Positions 34,668 through 47,176 of a stretch of 64,000 nt of DNA are shown piece after piece. The stretch is from Lingula anatina (lineage: Eukaryota; Animalia; Brachiopoda), in the NCBI GenBank assembly GCA_051362555.1, contig CM120640.1, positions 26,150,225 through 26,214,224 on the forward strand, given 5' to 3'. A program made the translations under genes and the position numbers. Position 1 is the stretch's first letter. Every line of letters starts with the position of its first letter. The notes under the pieces were generated by a model. The model was given only the letters and a program-made list of their open reading frames with translations. It was not told the origin of the DNA and did no database searches.

Positions 34668-35150
34668 ACAGGACTCGCTGGACGCTTCCTAGTGCAGCCA
34701 CCTCGTAGACAGACCATGGCAGGACTCGCTGGACGCTTCCCCAGTGCAGCCACCTCGTAGACGGACCATGGCAGGACTCGCTGGACGCTTCCCAAGTGCA
34801 GCCACCTCGCAGATAGACCATGGCAGGACTCGCTGGACGCTTCCCCAGTGCAGCCACCTCGCAACCAGACCATGGCAGGACTCGCTGGACGCTTCCCCGG
34901 TGCAGCCAACCTCGTAGACAGACCATGACAGGACCCGCTGGACGCTTTCCCGGTGCAGCCACCTCGTAGACATACCATGGCAGGACTCGCTGGACGCTTC
35001 CCCTGTGCCGCCACCTCGTAGACAGACCATGGCAGGACTCGCTGGACGCTTCCCCAGTGCAGCCACCTCGTAGACAGACCATGGCAGGACTCGCTGGACG
35101 CTTCCCCAGTGAAGCCACCTCGTAGAGAGACCATGGCAGGACTCGCTGGC
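34668..35150. repeat. 52-bp GC-rich minisatellite, ~9 copies
   Basis: Unit ggcaggactcgctggacgcttccccagtgcagccacctcgtagacagaccat starting at 34718, 34770, 34822, 34874, 34927, 34979, 35031, 35083 and 35135. Confidence 0.95.
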
Positions 35151-35209
35151 TCCAAGGGATGGTCGAAGTAGCTTAAGTGTAGATGTGGGGTGTCTCCTTG
35201 CAGTTGTGT

Positions 35210-37428
35210 CCTGTAAACAGAAATAAAAACGAGATTAGATTTCTTTCATTTCTCAAACCCCCCTTCCAAAAAGAAAAAAGATTACATACCTTAAGGAGTG
35301 TAGTCGAAGTCCCACAGGTGGCGCCCATCATCTATGTCCTGTAAAGAGAAATAAAAACGAGATTAGATTTCTTTCATTTCTCAAACTTCCTTTCCCAAAA
35401 GAAAAAAAGATTACATACCTTAAGGAGTGTAGTCGAAGTCCCACAGGTGGCGCCCATCATCTTCTATGTCCTGTAAACAGAAATAAAAACGAGATTAGAT
35501 TTCTTTCATTTCTCAATCCCCCCTTCCAAAAAGAAAAAAAGATTACATACCTTAAGGAGTGTAGTCGAAGTCCCACAGGTGGCGCCCATCATCTTCTATG
35601 TCCTGTAAACAGAAATAAAAACGAGATTAGATTTCTTTCATTTCTCAAACTCCCCTTCCAAAAAGAAAAAAAGATTACATACCTTAAGGAGTGTAGTCGA
35701 AGTCCCACAGGTGGCGCCCATCATCTTCTATGTCCTGTAAACAGAAATAAAAACGAGATTAGATTTCTTTCATTTCTCAATCCCCCCTTCCAAAAAGAAA
35801 AAAAGATTACATACCTTAAGGAGTGTAGTCGAAGTCCCACAGGTGGCGCCCATCATCTTCTATGTCCTGTAAACAGAAATAAAAACGAGATTAGATTTCT
35901 TTCATTTCTCAATCCCCCCTTCCAAAAAGAAAAAAAGATTACATACCTTAAGGAGTGTAGTCGAAGTCCCACAGGTGGCGCCCATCATCTTCTATGTCCT
36001 GTAAACAGAAATAAAAACGAGATTAGATTTCTTTCATTTCTCAAACTCCCCTTCCAAAAAGAAAAAAAGATTACATACCTTAAGGAGTGTAGTCGAAGTC
36101 CCACAGGTGGCGCCCATCATCTTCTATGTCCTGTAAACAGAAATAAAAACGAGATTAGATTTCTTTCATTTCTCAATCCCCCCTTCCAAAAAGAAAAAAA
36201 GATTACATACCTTAAGGAGTGTAGTCGAAGTCCCACAGGTGGCGCCCATCATCTTCTATGTCCTGTAAACAGAAATAAAAACGAGATTAGATTTCTTTCA
36301 TTTCTCAATCCCCCCTTCCAAAAAGAAAAAAAGATTACATACCTTAAGGAGTGTAGTCGAAGTCCCACAGGTGGCGCCCATCATCTTCTATGTCCTGTAA
36401 ACAGAAATAAAAACGAGATTAGATTTCTTTCATTTCTCAAACTCCCCTTCAAAAAGAAAAAAAGATTACATACCTTAAGGGGTGTAGTCGAAGTCCCACA
36501 GGTGGCGCCCATCATCTTCTATGTCCTGTAAACAGAAATAAAAACGAGATTAGATTTCTTTCATTTCTCAAACTCCCCTTCCAAAAAGAAAAAAAGATTA
36601 CATACCTTAAGGAGTGTAGTCTAAGTCCCACAGGTGGCGCCCATCATCTTCTATGTCCTGTAAACAAAAAATAAAAACGAGATTAGATTTCTTTCATTTC
36701 TCAAACCCCCCTTCCAAAAAGAAAAAAGATTACATACCTTAAGGAGTGTAGTCGAAGTCCCACAGGTGGCGCCCATCATCTTCTATGTCCTGTAAACAGA
36801 AATAAAAACGAGATTAGATTTCTTTCATTTCTCAAACTCCCCTTCCAAAAAGAAAAAAGATTACATACCTTAAGGAGTGTAGTCGAAGTCCCACAGGTGG
36901 CGCCCATCATCTTCTATGTCCTGTAAACAGAAATAAAAACGAGATTAGATTTCTTTCATTTCTCAAACTCCCCTTCAAAAAGAAAAAAAGATTACATACC
37001 TTAAGGGGTGTAGTCGAAGTCCCACAGGTGGCGCCCATCATCTTCTATGTCCTGTAAACAGAAATAAAAACGAGATTAGATTTCTTTCATTTCTCAAACT
37101 CCCCTTCCAAAAAGAAAAAAAGATTACATACCTTAAGGAGTGTAGTCGAAGTCCCACAGGTGGCGCCCATCATCTTCTATGTCCTGTAAACAAAAAATAA
37201 AAACGAGATTAGATTTCTTTCATTTCTCAAACCCCCCTTCCAAAAAGAAAAAAGATTACATACCTTAAGGAGTGTAGTCGAAGTCCCACAGGTGGCGCCC
37301 ATCATCTTCTATGTCCTGTAAACAGAAATAAAAACGAGATTAGATTTCTTTCATTTCTCAAACTCCCCTTCCAAAAAGAAAAAAAGATTACATACCTTAA
37401 GGAGTGTAGTCGAAGTCCCACAGGTGGC
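35210..37428 (-). repeat. ~132-bp tandem array, 17 copies, each an intron-like ~80 nt plus an exon-like 52 nt
   Basis: The cttaagg anchor recurs at 35290, 35419, 35551 ... 37264, 37396. Minus-strand unit: AAG|gtatgt...tctaat...ctcgtttttatttctgtttacag|GACATAGAAG...CCTTAAG. Confidence 0.95.
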
Positions 37429-37789
37429 CTCCACCAGTTTGCAGTCTGCTTCCTGGACCTGTAATAAAAAGAAACCTGGAAAGCATGGGAATATGCAATG
37501 ACACTACGACTCCAGCCCACGACAGCAAAAAGGTGAAGTATCCTGCGAAGATGACCGAGCGACGATTCCTCGTGGGGAGAAGCGAAGATTTTAGCTGGCC
37601 AGCTAAGAGAAACGCCGAATCCACCGTCTAGACGTCTGCGTGTGCAGGGAACAATATGTCGAAGAGCGATGCGTTGACGTAGGATGAGTAGAAGATTCGG
37701 AGAAATGGGAGTCGACTCCCGTGTCCTTTGTGCTTGATACAGGGCGCAGCACATGGCATCCGTCCTGTTGCTCTAGATCTGTCCGCTGT

Positions 37790-37830
37790 TGAGTGAACGC
37801 ACTTTTAAAATTTTGCGCTTTTATACCTTT
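37790..37830 (-). promoter_or_regulatory. TATA box plus initiator-like core promoter facing the exon-intron array
   Basis: Minus-strand TATAAAAG (~37824-37817) followed ~30 nt later by TTCACTC, then a CpG-rich stretch. Confidence 0.45.
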
Positions 37831-38385
37831 GTTGACGTATAGTCACATGATGGCGTTCTTGTTGTCATCAATGGTCAACTTGTTCAAAGGGGATGGCCTT
37901 TGATAGTGATGCGAAAATGTTGGTAATAATATCTTATCGACATATACATTTTCTTTTATATTTTATATTTTGATTATTCTGCCTGTCAGTTTGTTTATAA
38001 TAAGAGTAATAAGTTCTAAGCAGTGTCTGTGAAATGTGCAGGCAAATTTGATGAAAATTTCTGAGCAACATACCTTCTCCCTAAAATTTTTATAGGTACG
38101 ATGTTCGTTAAGCTGGTAGCTGTGAACTTCTCGCAGGCTACTTTAGTGTGCGTGTATTTGAACACTGATCCAAAATGTGGATAATGTAATTTGGCGTAGG
38201 GTGACTGCATTTTTGAGGCAGCCTGAGGGAGTATGGTTGTTCTGATTGTAGTGAATTGTAGAGAGACAATTGGAAGTACACTGGACTTAGCATGTTCAGT
38301 CACCCAAGTACTCTGAAACACATTTTGTAATCAGCTGACTTGTTATTCTGAAAAATGAAAAAACAAATTATATTGATTTACAAAA

Positions 38386-38597
38386 CTGGAAGATAGAAGC
38401 AGTGGATCATATTACTTATGCCAGGCAGAAGAAACGACTGAATGTATATTTTTATATTCAAAACGTCTACTGATTTAGGTAATAATTAATAGCCTGGAAG
38501 ATAGCAGCAGTGGATCATATTACTAATGCAAGGCAGAAGAAACGAGTGAATGTATATGTCTATATTCAAAACGTCTACTGATTTAGGTAATAATTAA
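38386..38597. repeat. Two-copy ~108-bp direct tandem duplication
   Basis: ctggaagatag..gcagtggatcatattact...aaacgtctactgatttaggtaataattaa at 38386 and 38494. Confidence 0.9.
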
Positions 38598-40470
38598 CAA
38601 CTGACGTCTCCCTTCATGGCGTCGGGTTATCAGTACTCCCACACCAGTAACATGAGTTATGAGTTGAGCAGAAACAGAAAAAGATTTTTTATAAAGATAA
38701 TGCAAGTATATGTGTAGGCCCATTTATCTTTTTTTATATTACTAAACGTAAGAATTGTTTGTCCAAGTGAAACTTTACTTACATCAGCCTAGCAACTAAA
38801 TCTGACGTTTTAACGTCTCCGAAAATAACTAGAATTTTTTTAATAACGCACTAATGCGGCCACCTTCGAGGTGTCGCCCGGTTTTTAAAAATTGAAAAAA
38901 GAAACTTTTCGGGGCGTCTTTTGTCGCGGGTCATTATTTTCAGTTGTTTGATGTTTTTTTGTAATATTTTAGCCATTGATAGAATCTATAATTCAGTTAC
39001 ATCCACGATTAGCTAGACGAAATGGTGACAGGGAAAAGTCAAATTTTTTAAACGGCAAAAACTGCATTCTCTTAGAAAGCAATTAGCAAACATTCATTAC
39101 CAGGCACTGTGAAAAATTCAACCGAAGTTGAAGACAAAATGTGTCAAAAATAAACGTGCATGTCGTAATACCTATTTATAGCAGTCTAATTTTTGTTAGT
39201 ATTAAAAACGTGTAAATATTATCCACATAGGATATTTTTAAAGCCTTCGATATTTAAAATATTTAAACTTCCCATACTTTGAGGCATGCATGAGTCGGAA
39301 AATGTTTGCATAATTACATAAAAAACTAGAATTATCTCTTTATGTGACCACAGTTTACTCATGTGCCTTACATCATTCCCTTAAACCCTTTCCCAATATC
39401 GATTTCAGATATTTTTGACACATTTTGTCTTCATCTGAATCACGTGAACGTTATCAAGTGTCATAAGGCGTACATTACGAAAATATTTAGGTCTTGGAGT
39501 TTTAAAATTTATTTTAGGAGAGGTAAAAAACCCCAACCCCATCTAATATATATTGGATACATTCGTAGGCTTATGTCCTTAGAACTAGGCGTACAAAATG
39601 TGTCTTCTAGCTAAAGTTATTATTATGGTGTATGTGTAATTTAAAAAAAACTACGTAAGAGTGACAATAGGTCATGTGTTTCGAATGCACCCCCACTCTC
39701 CGATCAGTCATTACTTTTGTATAATTCACAGTCCATCTTCGTTGTAGTTTGTGACTTTACGTCATTTCTTAGTGAAGCGGTGTTGTCCTCAATTTACCTT
39801 AAATGTCCAAATTACTAAGAAGAAACCACTTGCAAGAATTATAAGGCTTTTTATACTGCTAGGTCTATAGACGTGATACACACGATATTTTGCAACCCCA
39901 CAAAATCTGTTTCTTAAAATTTTGGTTCCACCACAAAGCTTAGCACTATCATTCTTTTTTGCTTTATTGATATATTTTCAGTACATAAATAACCATTGTC
40001 TGTTGCCCAATTTTGCACAAAATTAAGATAATCCCCAAAACCTCATTAATTGTGTTTCCTCCATCCCAAAAAATATTAAAAATTTCTCCTCATAATTTAG
40101 TAGTGCACTGGCATCTACACAGTACATAAATGTATCATTATAATAACATCTTGTTCTTACTGATAACATAATTAGCTTAATTCCATAACAATTCTAAAAT
40201 GTTAATAACAATGAAAATTCAAAGTAGATGGCAAGATTCTTATTGTGCTGATAAAGACAAAATATGTAAATTCAATACTGATTAGGTACTGTATACTGGC
40301 TCATTGAAAAAAGGGAACCGTTTCACAAAAAAATTAAGCTTAGACTGCTAAATCTGGATAGCCAACTATACAAAGTCAACTTTGCGATATTGTCTTACAA
40401 CTACAATTTTTTAAGAATGATTGGTCCACAGTTGATGAGTAGAATATACATAAATGGGCTACTGACACCA

Positions 40471-43400
40471 ATTCAATTCAATTCAATTTATTTTATTAAA
40501 GTCTCACCCATAGATACAATTAAAAAACAATAAAAATTAAAACAGTCATCAGGCAGTTCTATACAGAGAACTATGAGAGACTAAAAGAACTAATTACAGT
40601 TTAAATACATAAAATTTCTTCTTAATCCTAAGGAAAGGCTACAGGCTTTGGCAGTGCTAAAAATCATTTTTGGATCATCAATCAGGAAAAGAAATTTGCT
40701 TAGTTCATCCAATAAATCAAAATCCGGCTTAAAACATTTAGCAGTTCTAATTAAATCAGTACGATAATCATTAAAAAATGGACAATTAATTAAAAAGTGA
40801 ATCTCATCCTCAACACAACCTGATTCACAGAGTACACACGTTCTCTCCAGCACTGGAAGTTGTCATACCGTCCAGTTTCTATTCTGAGTGGGGCCACCCC
40901 ACATCTCAGCTTAGCCAATGCCCGCCGGTGCTTGAGCGATAAAGTTGGTTTCTTAATGTATTCACTAACTACCAAGTCTTGCTTAAACAGTCTGAATAGC
41001 CTCAGCTTATTTCCACCTCCATTTCTACGTGGGGTATCATCCCATAGCTTCGCCAACCAATCGGAGTGACATTCAAAAGCTACACTCTCCCTAACACAAT
41101 TAAGTGTACTAGCCTTCGATATATCATTATCAGTTACGTATAGGTGGCTTACTCCTAGATCACTAAATTTACCTTTAACCCTAGTTATCCAATTTTTCTT
41201 TCCATTGTTTGATACACGTAAACTCCATAAAAACACCTTTTTAGTCAACCTATTACAATCCATATTAGCTAATCTACACCAGAAATTTGTCACATTAATT
41301 AACTGCTTTTCAAAAGGCAAAATCCATCCCATTTCAGCACGGGTGGCAGCGGCTGGCGCGTACCTACCCACGCCCAAAAAATACCTACAAGCTCTATTGA
41401 AAACAGCATTAATCTGACTAAATTCCTGGAGTCCCCATATAGCAGAACCATATTCTAACACAGGAGCTACAAGTGCATCGTATAATTTCGTAAAGCATGC
41501 ATAGGGCATGCCCCCACAAGCCTTGCATTTTGCAATTAGAAGACCTAAAGCTCTGCTTGCAGACTTAGCTATACATGATACAGTCTTATTCACATCAAAG
41601 TGTTCAAAATACCACATACCCAAGTATTTATATTTTTCAACAATGTTTACTGTAAAATTGCCACATTTAAAAACATAATTTGTTCTAGGTATTTTAGGGG
41701 ACCTAAAATGAACTATCTGGGTCTTGTCCACATTCAGAGTCAACTGCCATTTATAACACCACTTGTGCACCACATTAAGCATTGACTGTAAATCTTCCTC
41801 ATTCTTGGCCAAAAGCACAACGTCATCTGCATAAAGAAGCGAGCAAATCAGCTCATCGTTTACATTAATGCCTTTACCCAGAGCTTTCAGATCATGTACC
41901 ATATCATTAATGTAAATGTCAAAAAGTAAAGGTGACAACAGGCACCCTTGTTTTACTCCAGTTTCAATATCAAAGAAACCTGTTGTATAGTTATTTACCC
42001 TAACACAGCACTTTGGGTTATCATATAAAGCCTGGAGGGAATTCATAAAATTTCCACATATTCCTAGTTTAAATAATTTATACCATAAAAGAGACCTATT
42101 AATTCTGTCGAATGTTTTTCTTGCATCGATGTAACAGGCATATATGCTCGGCTTTTGCTTTAAACTATTTTCTATTATACTGGACATTACATACATGTGA
42201 TCTAAACACCCACGGTCTTGTCTAAAACCATTTTGCTCGTCAACTATTATTTCATTATCTTCTGCCCACGTCGATAATCTCCTATTCAGAATAGATGTGT
42301 ATATCTTATATATGCTAGATGATAATGTTATTCCTCTATATTCTAGTGGGTTGCATGAATTAGCACCACTACCTTTCGGTATGGGACTAATGACAGACCT
42401 AAGCCAATCACTAGGGACCACAGAATTAGCAAAACAGTACTTAAACAGGTTGTACAAAAATATAATAGTTGCAATTGTTTTTTAAGACCTTCGAAGGCAG
42501 GTCATCAAGCCCGGGGCTTTTACCACACTTAGCACCATTAACTGCAAGCTCAACTTCTTTAAACGTAATATCAGTGTTAAGACTGGCACTCAAATCTGGT
42601 GTATCAAGTTTACCCTGTCTATAACTATAAAGTTTCTCATTAACCTGGGCTAAGAAAAATTTATCAAAACTATCACAATTTTTATCTGACACACCTGCAT
42701 AGTCATTTTGCCATTTCAATAAAACCTCAGTGATATCCGTGGAGACAGTTCCATCATCTCTCACTACTTCCATGGGAATGGTACTTTTTCTATCCTTCTG
42801 AATTCCGATGCGACCAATATCTCTCCAGAAGTTCCGTGGATCACTGGTTTGTTTTTGTAAGAGTTCTTCTTGCGATTTACGCCAAAACTGGCGTTTAGCT
42901 CGTTGTTTAGCATGGTCAAAATCACGCCGTTTGCTTACATAATCATTTTTTAATTGTAAAGAGATACTACTATTTGATTTCACTGATGACCAAAGCCGCT
43001 CCGAATCCCTGACATTTTCCCACATTATTTGAAGCTCATCGTTCCACCATTCTTTATTAGGTCTAAAATACTTCTTTGCCCGGGTGCTTCCACCGCCCAC
43101 AGATCTATAAGGAAGTTTGGTTTTCATTTCACTCAGTAACACAGATTTAAATTATAAACATTATCAATATTTGATTGAGTGAGATCCATCGTGGGAATAT
43201 TTTGTAACAAAGCATTAATTTTAAGAGAAATTCCATTAGAATTCATGAAGTCGCTTGGCACTGTATCCACATTAAACTTGTAATGAACTTCCGTTGGCAC
43301 ATGTGAATGGTGAGAGCTGTCAACTGCATTCCAAGGTGAGAGGTCGAATTCCCAGGAGAGCAGAGAATGGTCGGGTAAGGAACAGACCGGTCTTAGGTCT

Positions 43401-43718
43401 AAAGCATTACATAATTCATTAACCCTTTGCACAGTAAAATTTTGAATCATAGGTAGGTTCTCATGTGTTGTAATGCAATAATCAACCACAGCATGACCAC
43501 GGGCTGACACAGATGTAAAGTCATTTTTAGATGCACAAGTATCGCGCCCATTAACAATGCAGCAGCTAGTGTTAATCAAAAAATCAAGTAACAGATCACC
43601 ATATTGATTGGTAATAAAATCGATAGTGTTACGTTCAGGTAGAACATCCACCCCAGCAAGTAAAAGTAAAATCGATAGTGTTACGTTCAGGTAGAACATC
43701 CACCCCTGCAAGTAAAAG
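40471..43718 (-). mobile_element. 5'-truncated non-LTR retrotransposon (APE-RT ORF2, possibly RTEX-like), frameshifted
   Basis: APE C-terminal motifs (GHAVVDY, PDHSLL), KSPGLDDL, YRGITL, EQNGFR, GVKQGCLLSPLLF, LLYADD, YKYLG and C-terminal RIETGRY..C..C..EDEIHF..C. 3' AATAAA plus (TTGAA)n tail at ~40471-40497. Frameshifts near 43140, 42450 and 40855. Confidence 0.93.
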
Positions 43719-43867
43719 ACTTGCCAAGACAATCAAACTGTAAATCAAAGGAAAGTGAAAAGAAAGTAAAAAGACTGGAAAAAATGAGGCAAAATTGATA
43801 ACTTGGTTAATGAGCGAACAATACTCTAGTTTTGATTAAATCAGAACTTTTCTTGCACCTATTTTTA

Positions 43868-45533
43868 TATTTGCCATTTTGTAAGTGAAACAAGGCAGCA
43901 AAGCTGTCAAATGTACAGACAAAAAACAGGAAATAACTATGCACAAAATAGGCTACTGTCAATTCTGATGCAAAAATACATTATGTTAAACTGCAAATTC
44001 AACATCAAATTTTAATTATCCTCAATAGGTAATACCAATGTAATTAAAATATGTGACAAGTTTACACTTTGAAAATGTATAATTTCAAGAAAAAGAAGTC
44101 AATTCGACTGCTTTTCCAACTCAGGCTGAATTTTAGTCCTGTATTTCTTTTTTGAAAGTTTGGCAATCATAAGTAACATGGTTTTCCCATAATGGTCATC
44201 ATGGCAGCAGCACCCAAAATTGTGTTTTCTTCTATTCTGATGCCATATTACAAAATGGTTAACAGCATAATGACCGTCAATTTTTAATAATAAAATATAC
44301 GTATCATGGATTTTCAGAAAATGTGACTAGCATGGGTCTTCAAGCCCGTGGAACTTCAAAGTCACACCTTGAAAATGCCAATATGTGAAAAATTAAAATT
44401 TCACAAAAAACTGTTTAACTGGCAGTAAGAATTACCAAACAGACTGTATTTCCTACTGAAGCTGTATTTTAGTCCCATGTTTCTTTCCTGTAAGTTTGAG
44501 AACAGTAATTGGCATGGTTTTTCTTAAATGGTCATCATGGGAGCAGTGCCCAAAATAATTTTTTTTTTCAAATTTTGATGCAATATTACATAATGTTTAA
44601 CAGCATAATGACCACCAATTTTAATAATAAAATATTAGTATTATGGATATTCAGAAAATGTGCCTAGCAAAGGTCTTCAGGCCCATGGAACTTCAAAGTC
44701 ACATCTTGAAAATGCCAAAATGTAAATGAGACAGCACTGTTCTGAAATGTTTTTTTTTTTTCATTTTTAACAATTTTTAACATAAAACAAAATTAACAGT
44801 TTTCTGCCGTTTTTATATGATCAACTAAGAAAATTGATGAGATGGAAAAAATATCAACAGAGCAGTGTTAAATGTCCAATTTCTTCCATTCTGAGATTCT
44901 GAACATAGTGAATGATTGAATCTGACAAACTGCAATGATATGGGTTTATTTCCATTTTTGAAACTTTATTACACAATACACGATAACAAGTTTACCATCA
45001 TTTTTACATAATCAACTAATAATGTGGTAAAGATGCATGAAATGCCAAACAAACACTTTTACGTATCTTATTAGTTCAATTATGAAACTGTTTACATGCC
45101 TAAGAATTGAATCTGAGGAAATGTGAAAAAACAGCATAACTTCTAAAATAATGGCCTGATTATGCTTATTTTCGAACTCAACCTGCGTTTTAGTAAGATT
45201 GACCACTCCTGTGAGTTTAATGACAATTGGCCTAATGGTTTTCCTTTTAATGTGTTTACAGCGTTGCAAATATGCTGAAAAGTGAAAAAACAGTATAACT
45301 TCTACTATAATTTGGCCCGATCATGCTGATTTTCGAACTTGACCTGCGTTTTATGAATATTCATCAGCTCTGTAAATATAAAAGCAAAAAATAAAACTGT
45401 GTTCCACTTATCGTGTTTACAAGGAAAGTGCATGGCATCGGCATCGGCATCGGCATCACCATCGGCGACGACGGCGACGACAGACGCAGGTGATGGCAAT
45501 ATGTACAGACACATCTGTGTCTGTACATAAAAA
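43868..45533 (-). mobile_element. HINE family 1, complete copy
   Basis: 3' hairpin and subTIR at 43868-43900; 5' hairpin head ending tgtctgtacataaaa at ~45533. Confidence 0.85.
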
Positions 45534-46229
45534 GGGGAATAGGGGATTGGTGTAGTGAAAGCCCAACCTTAACCTTTGGATGCTATTCTCATTAAACATA
45601 TGCATAAAAGACAAAATTTAGACCACAAATAGATTCATGCAATCTACCAACCTTTTTTACAGTGAGTCATTGCAACTTATCAGTTATTTCTGACCTAGGC
45701 TATCTGTAAGATTCTTACAACCGTGAAGTGCAACTTAGCCAGCTAAGTCTTTATAGGCTCAGATTTTAGACTACAAACCAACTTCAAACATTTAGTAAAG
45801 CAAGTGCAAGGAATAGTTAGTTTGAAGGCTCTGCCTCCCCATAGGGTGAGAACAAACACAGTCACACTGTATGATACATTACAGAAAACACTGGTTAAAA
45901 ATATACTCTGGAATTTTACATTTTCACTAGTATAGAATCAATTTGATTTCTAAAACTGACTTATTATAAAAATACTCCTGTCAATTTAACACTTTTTCAT
46001 AAAGCATATCTGAAATACACTGATAAAATGTTATTAAAAATATTAAAATCTGATATTCACAGATAAAATAGGCTCAAGTCAAAATGATTAAGACAATTAT
46101 TGAAGCATTATTCAAACCCCAATTTTGATTATTTTCATACAATTAGTGATTCACAAGTTCTTTAACAGAGTTGTACCTAATCTGACTACATGATATCTAT
46201 CAAAATCTCTCTAAAATCAAGTGACAAAC

Positions 46230-47176
46230 TAGACAGCACTGTGCTGAAATGGGTTTATTTCCATTTTTAACACTTTTTTAATATAAGATGAAATAAACAG
46301 TTTACTGCCATTTTTATATGATCAACTAAGAAAATTGATGAGATGGGACAAATATCAATAGAACTGTGTCAAATGTCCAATTTCCTCCATTCTGACATTC
46401 TGAACATAGTAAATGATTGAATCTGACTGATATGAGTTTATTTCCATTTTTGACACTTTATTACACAATACACGATAACAAGTTTACCATCATTTCTACA
46501 TAATCAACTAACAATGTTGTAAAGATGCAGGAAATGTCAAACAAACACTTTTATGTGTCTTATTAATTAAATAATAAGACTGTTAACATGCCTAAGAATT
46601 GAATTTGAGGAAATGTGAAAAAACAGCATGACTTCTAAAACAATGGCCCGATTATACTAATTTTCAAACTCAACCTGCATTTTAGTAAGATTGACCACTC
46701 CTGTGAGTTTAATGACAATTGGTCTATCTGTTTTTCTTATATTGTGTTTACAGTGTTGCATATATGCTAAAAAGTGAAAAAACAGCATAACTACTAAAAT
46801 AGTGGCCCGATCATGCCGATTTTCGAACTTGACCTGTGTTTTAGTAAGATTGATTACTCCTGTAAGTTTCATGACAACAGGCCTATCGATTTTCCTTAAA
46901 ATGTGTTAACAGGGTTGCATATATGCTGAAAAGTGAAAAAACAGCATAACTTCTACAATAATGGCCCGATCATGCTGATTTTCGAACTTGACCTGTGTTT
47001 TATGAATATTCATCAGCTCTGTAAATATAAAGCCAAAAAGTAAAACTGCCCTCCACTTATCGTGTTAACAAGGAAAGTGCACGGCGCCGGCATCGGCATC
47101 GGCGACGGCAACGACGGCGACGACAGACGCAGGTGATGGCAATACGTACAGACACATCTGTGTCTGTACATAAAAA
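46230..47176 (-). mobile_element. HINE family 1, 5' portion
   Basis: Head tgtacagacacatctgtgtctgtacataaaaa at ~47146-47176, with microsatellite and subrepeats. Confidence 0.8.

Noticed and set aside
35210-37428. CRISPR-like array
   Set aside because: Units are near-identical along their whole length, with no unique spacers and no cas genes, in a eukaryotic context.
38800-39700. Possible additional DNA transposon
   Set aside because: The composition looks TE-like, but I could not identify TIRs, a TSD or coding remnants.
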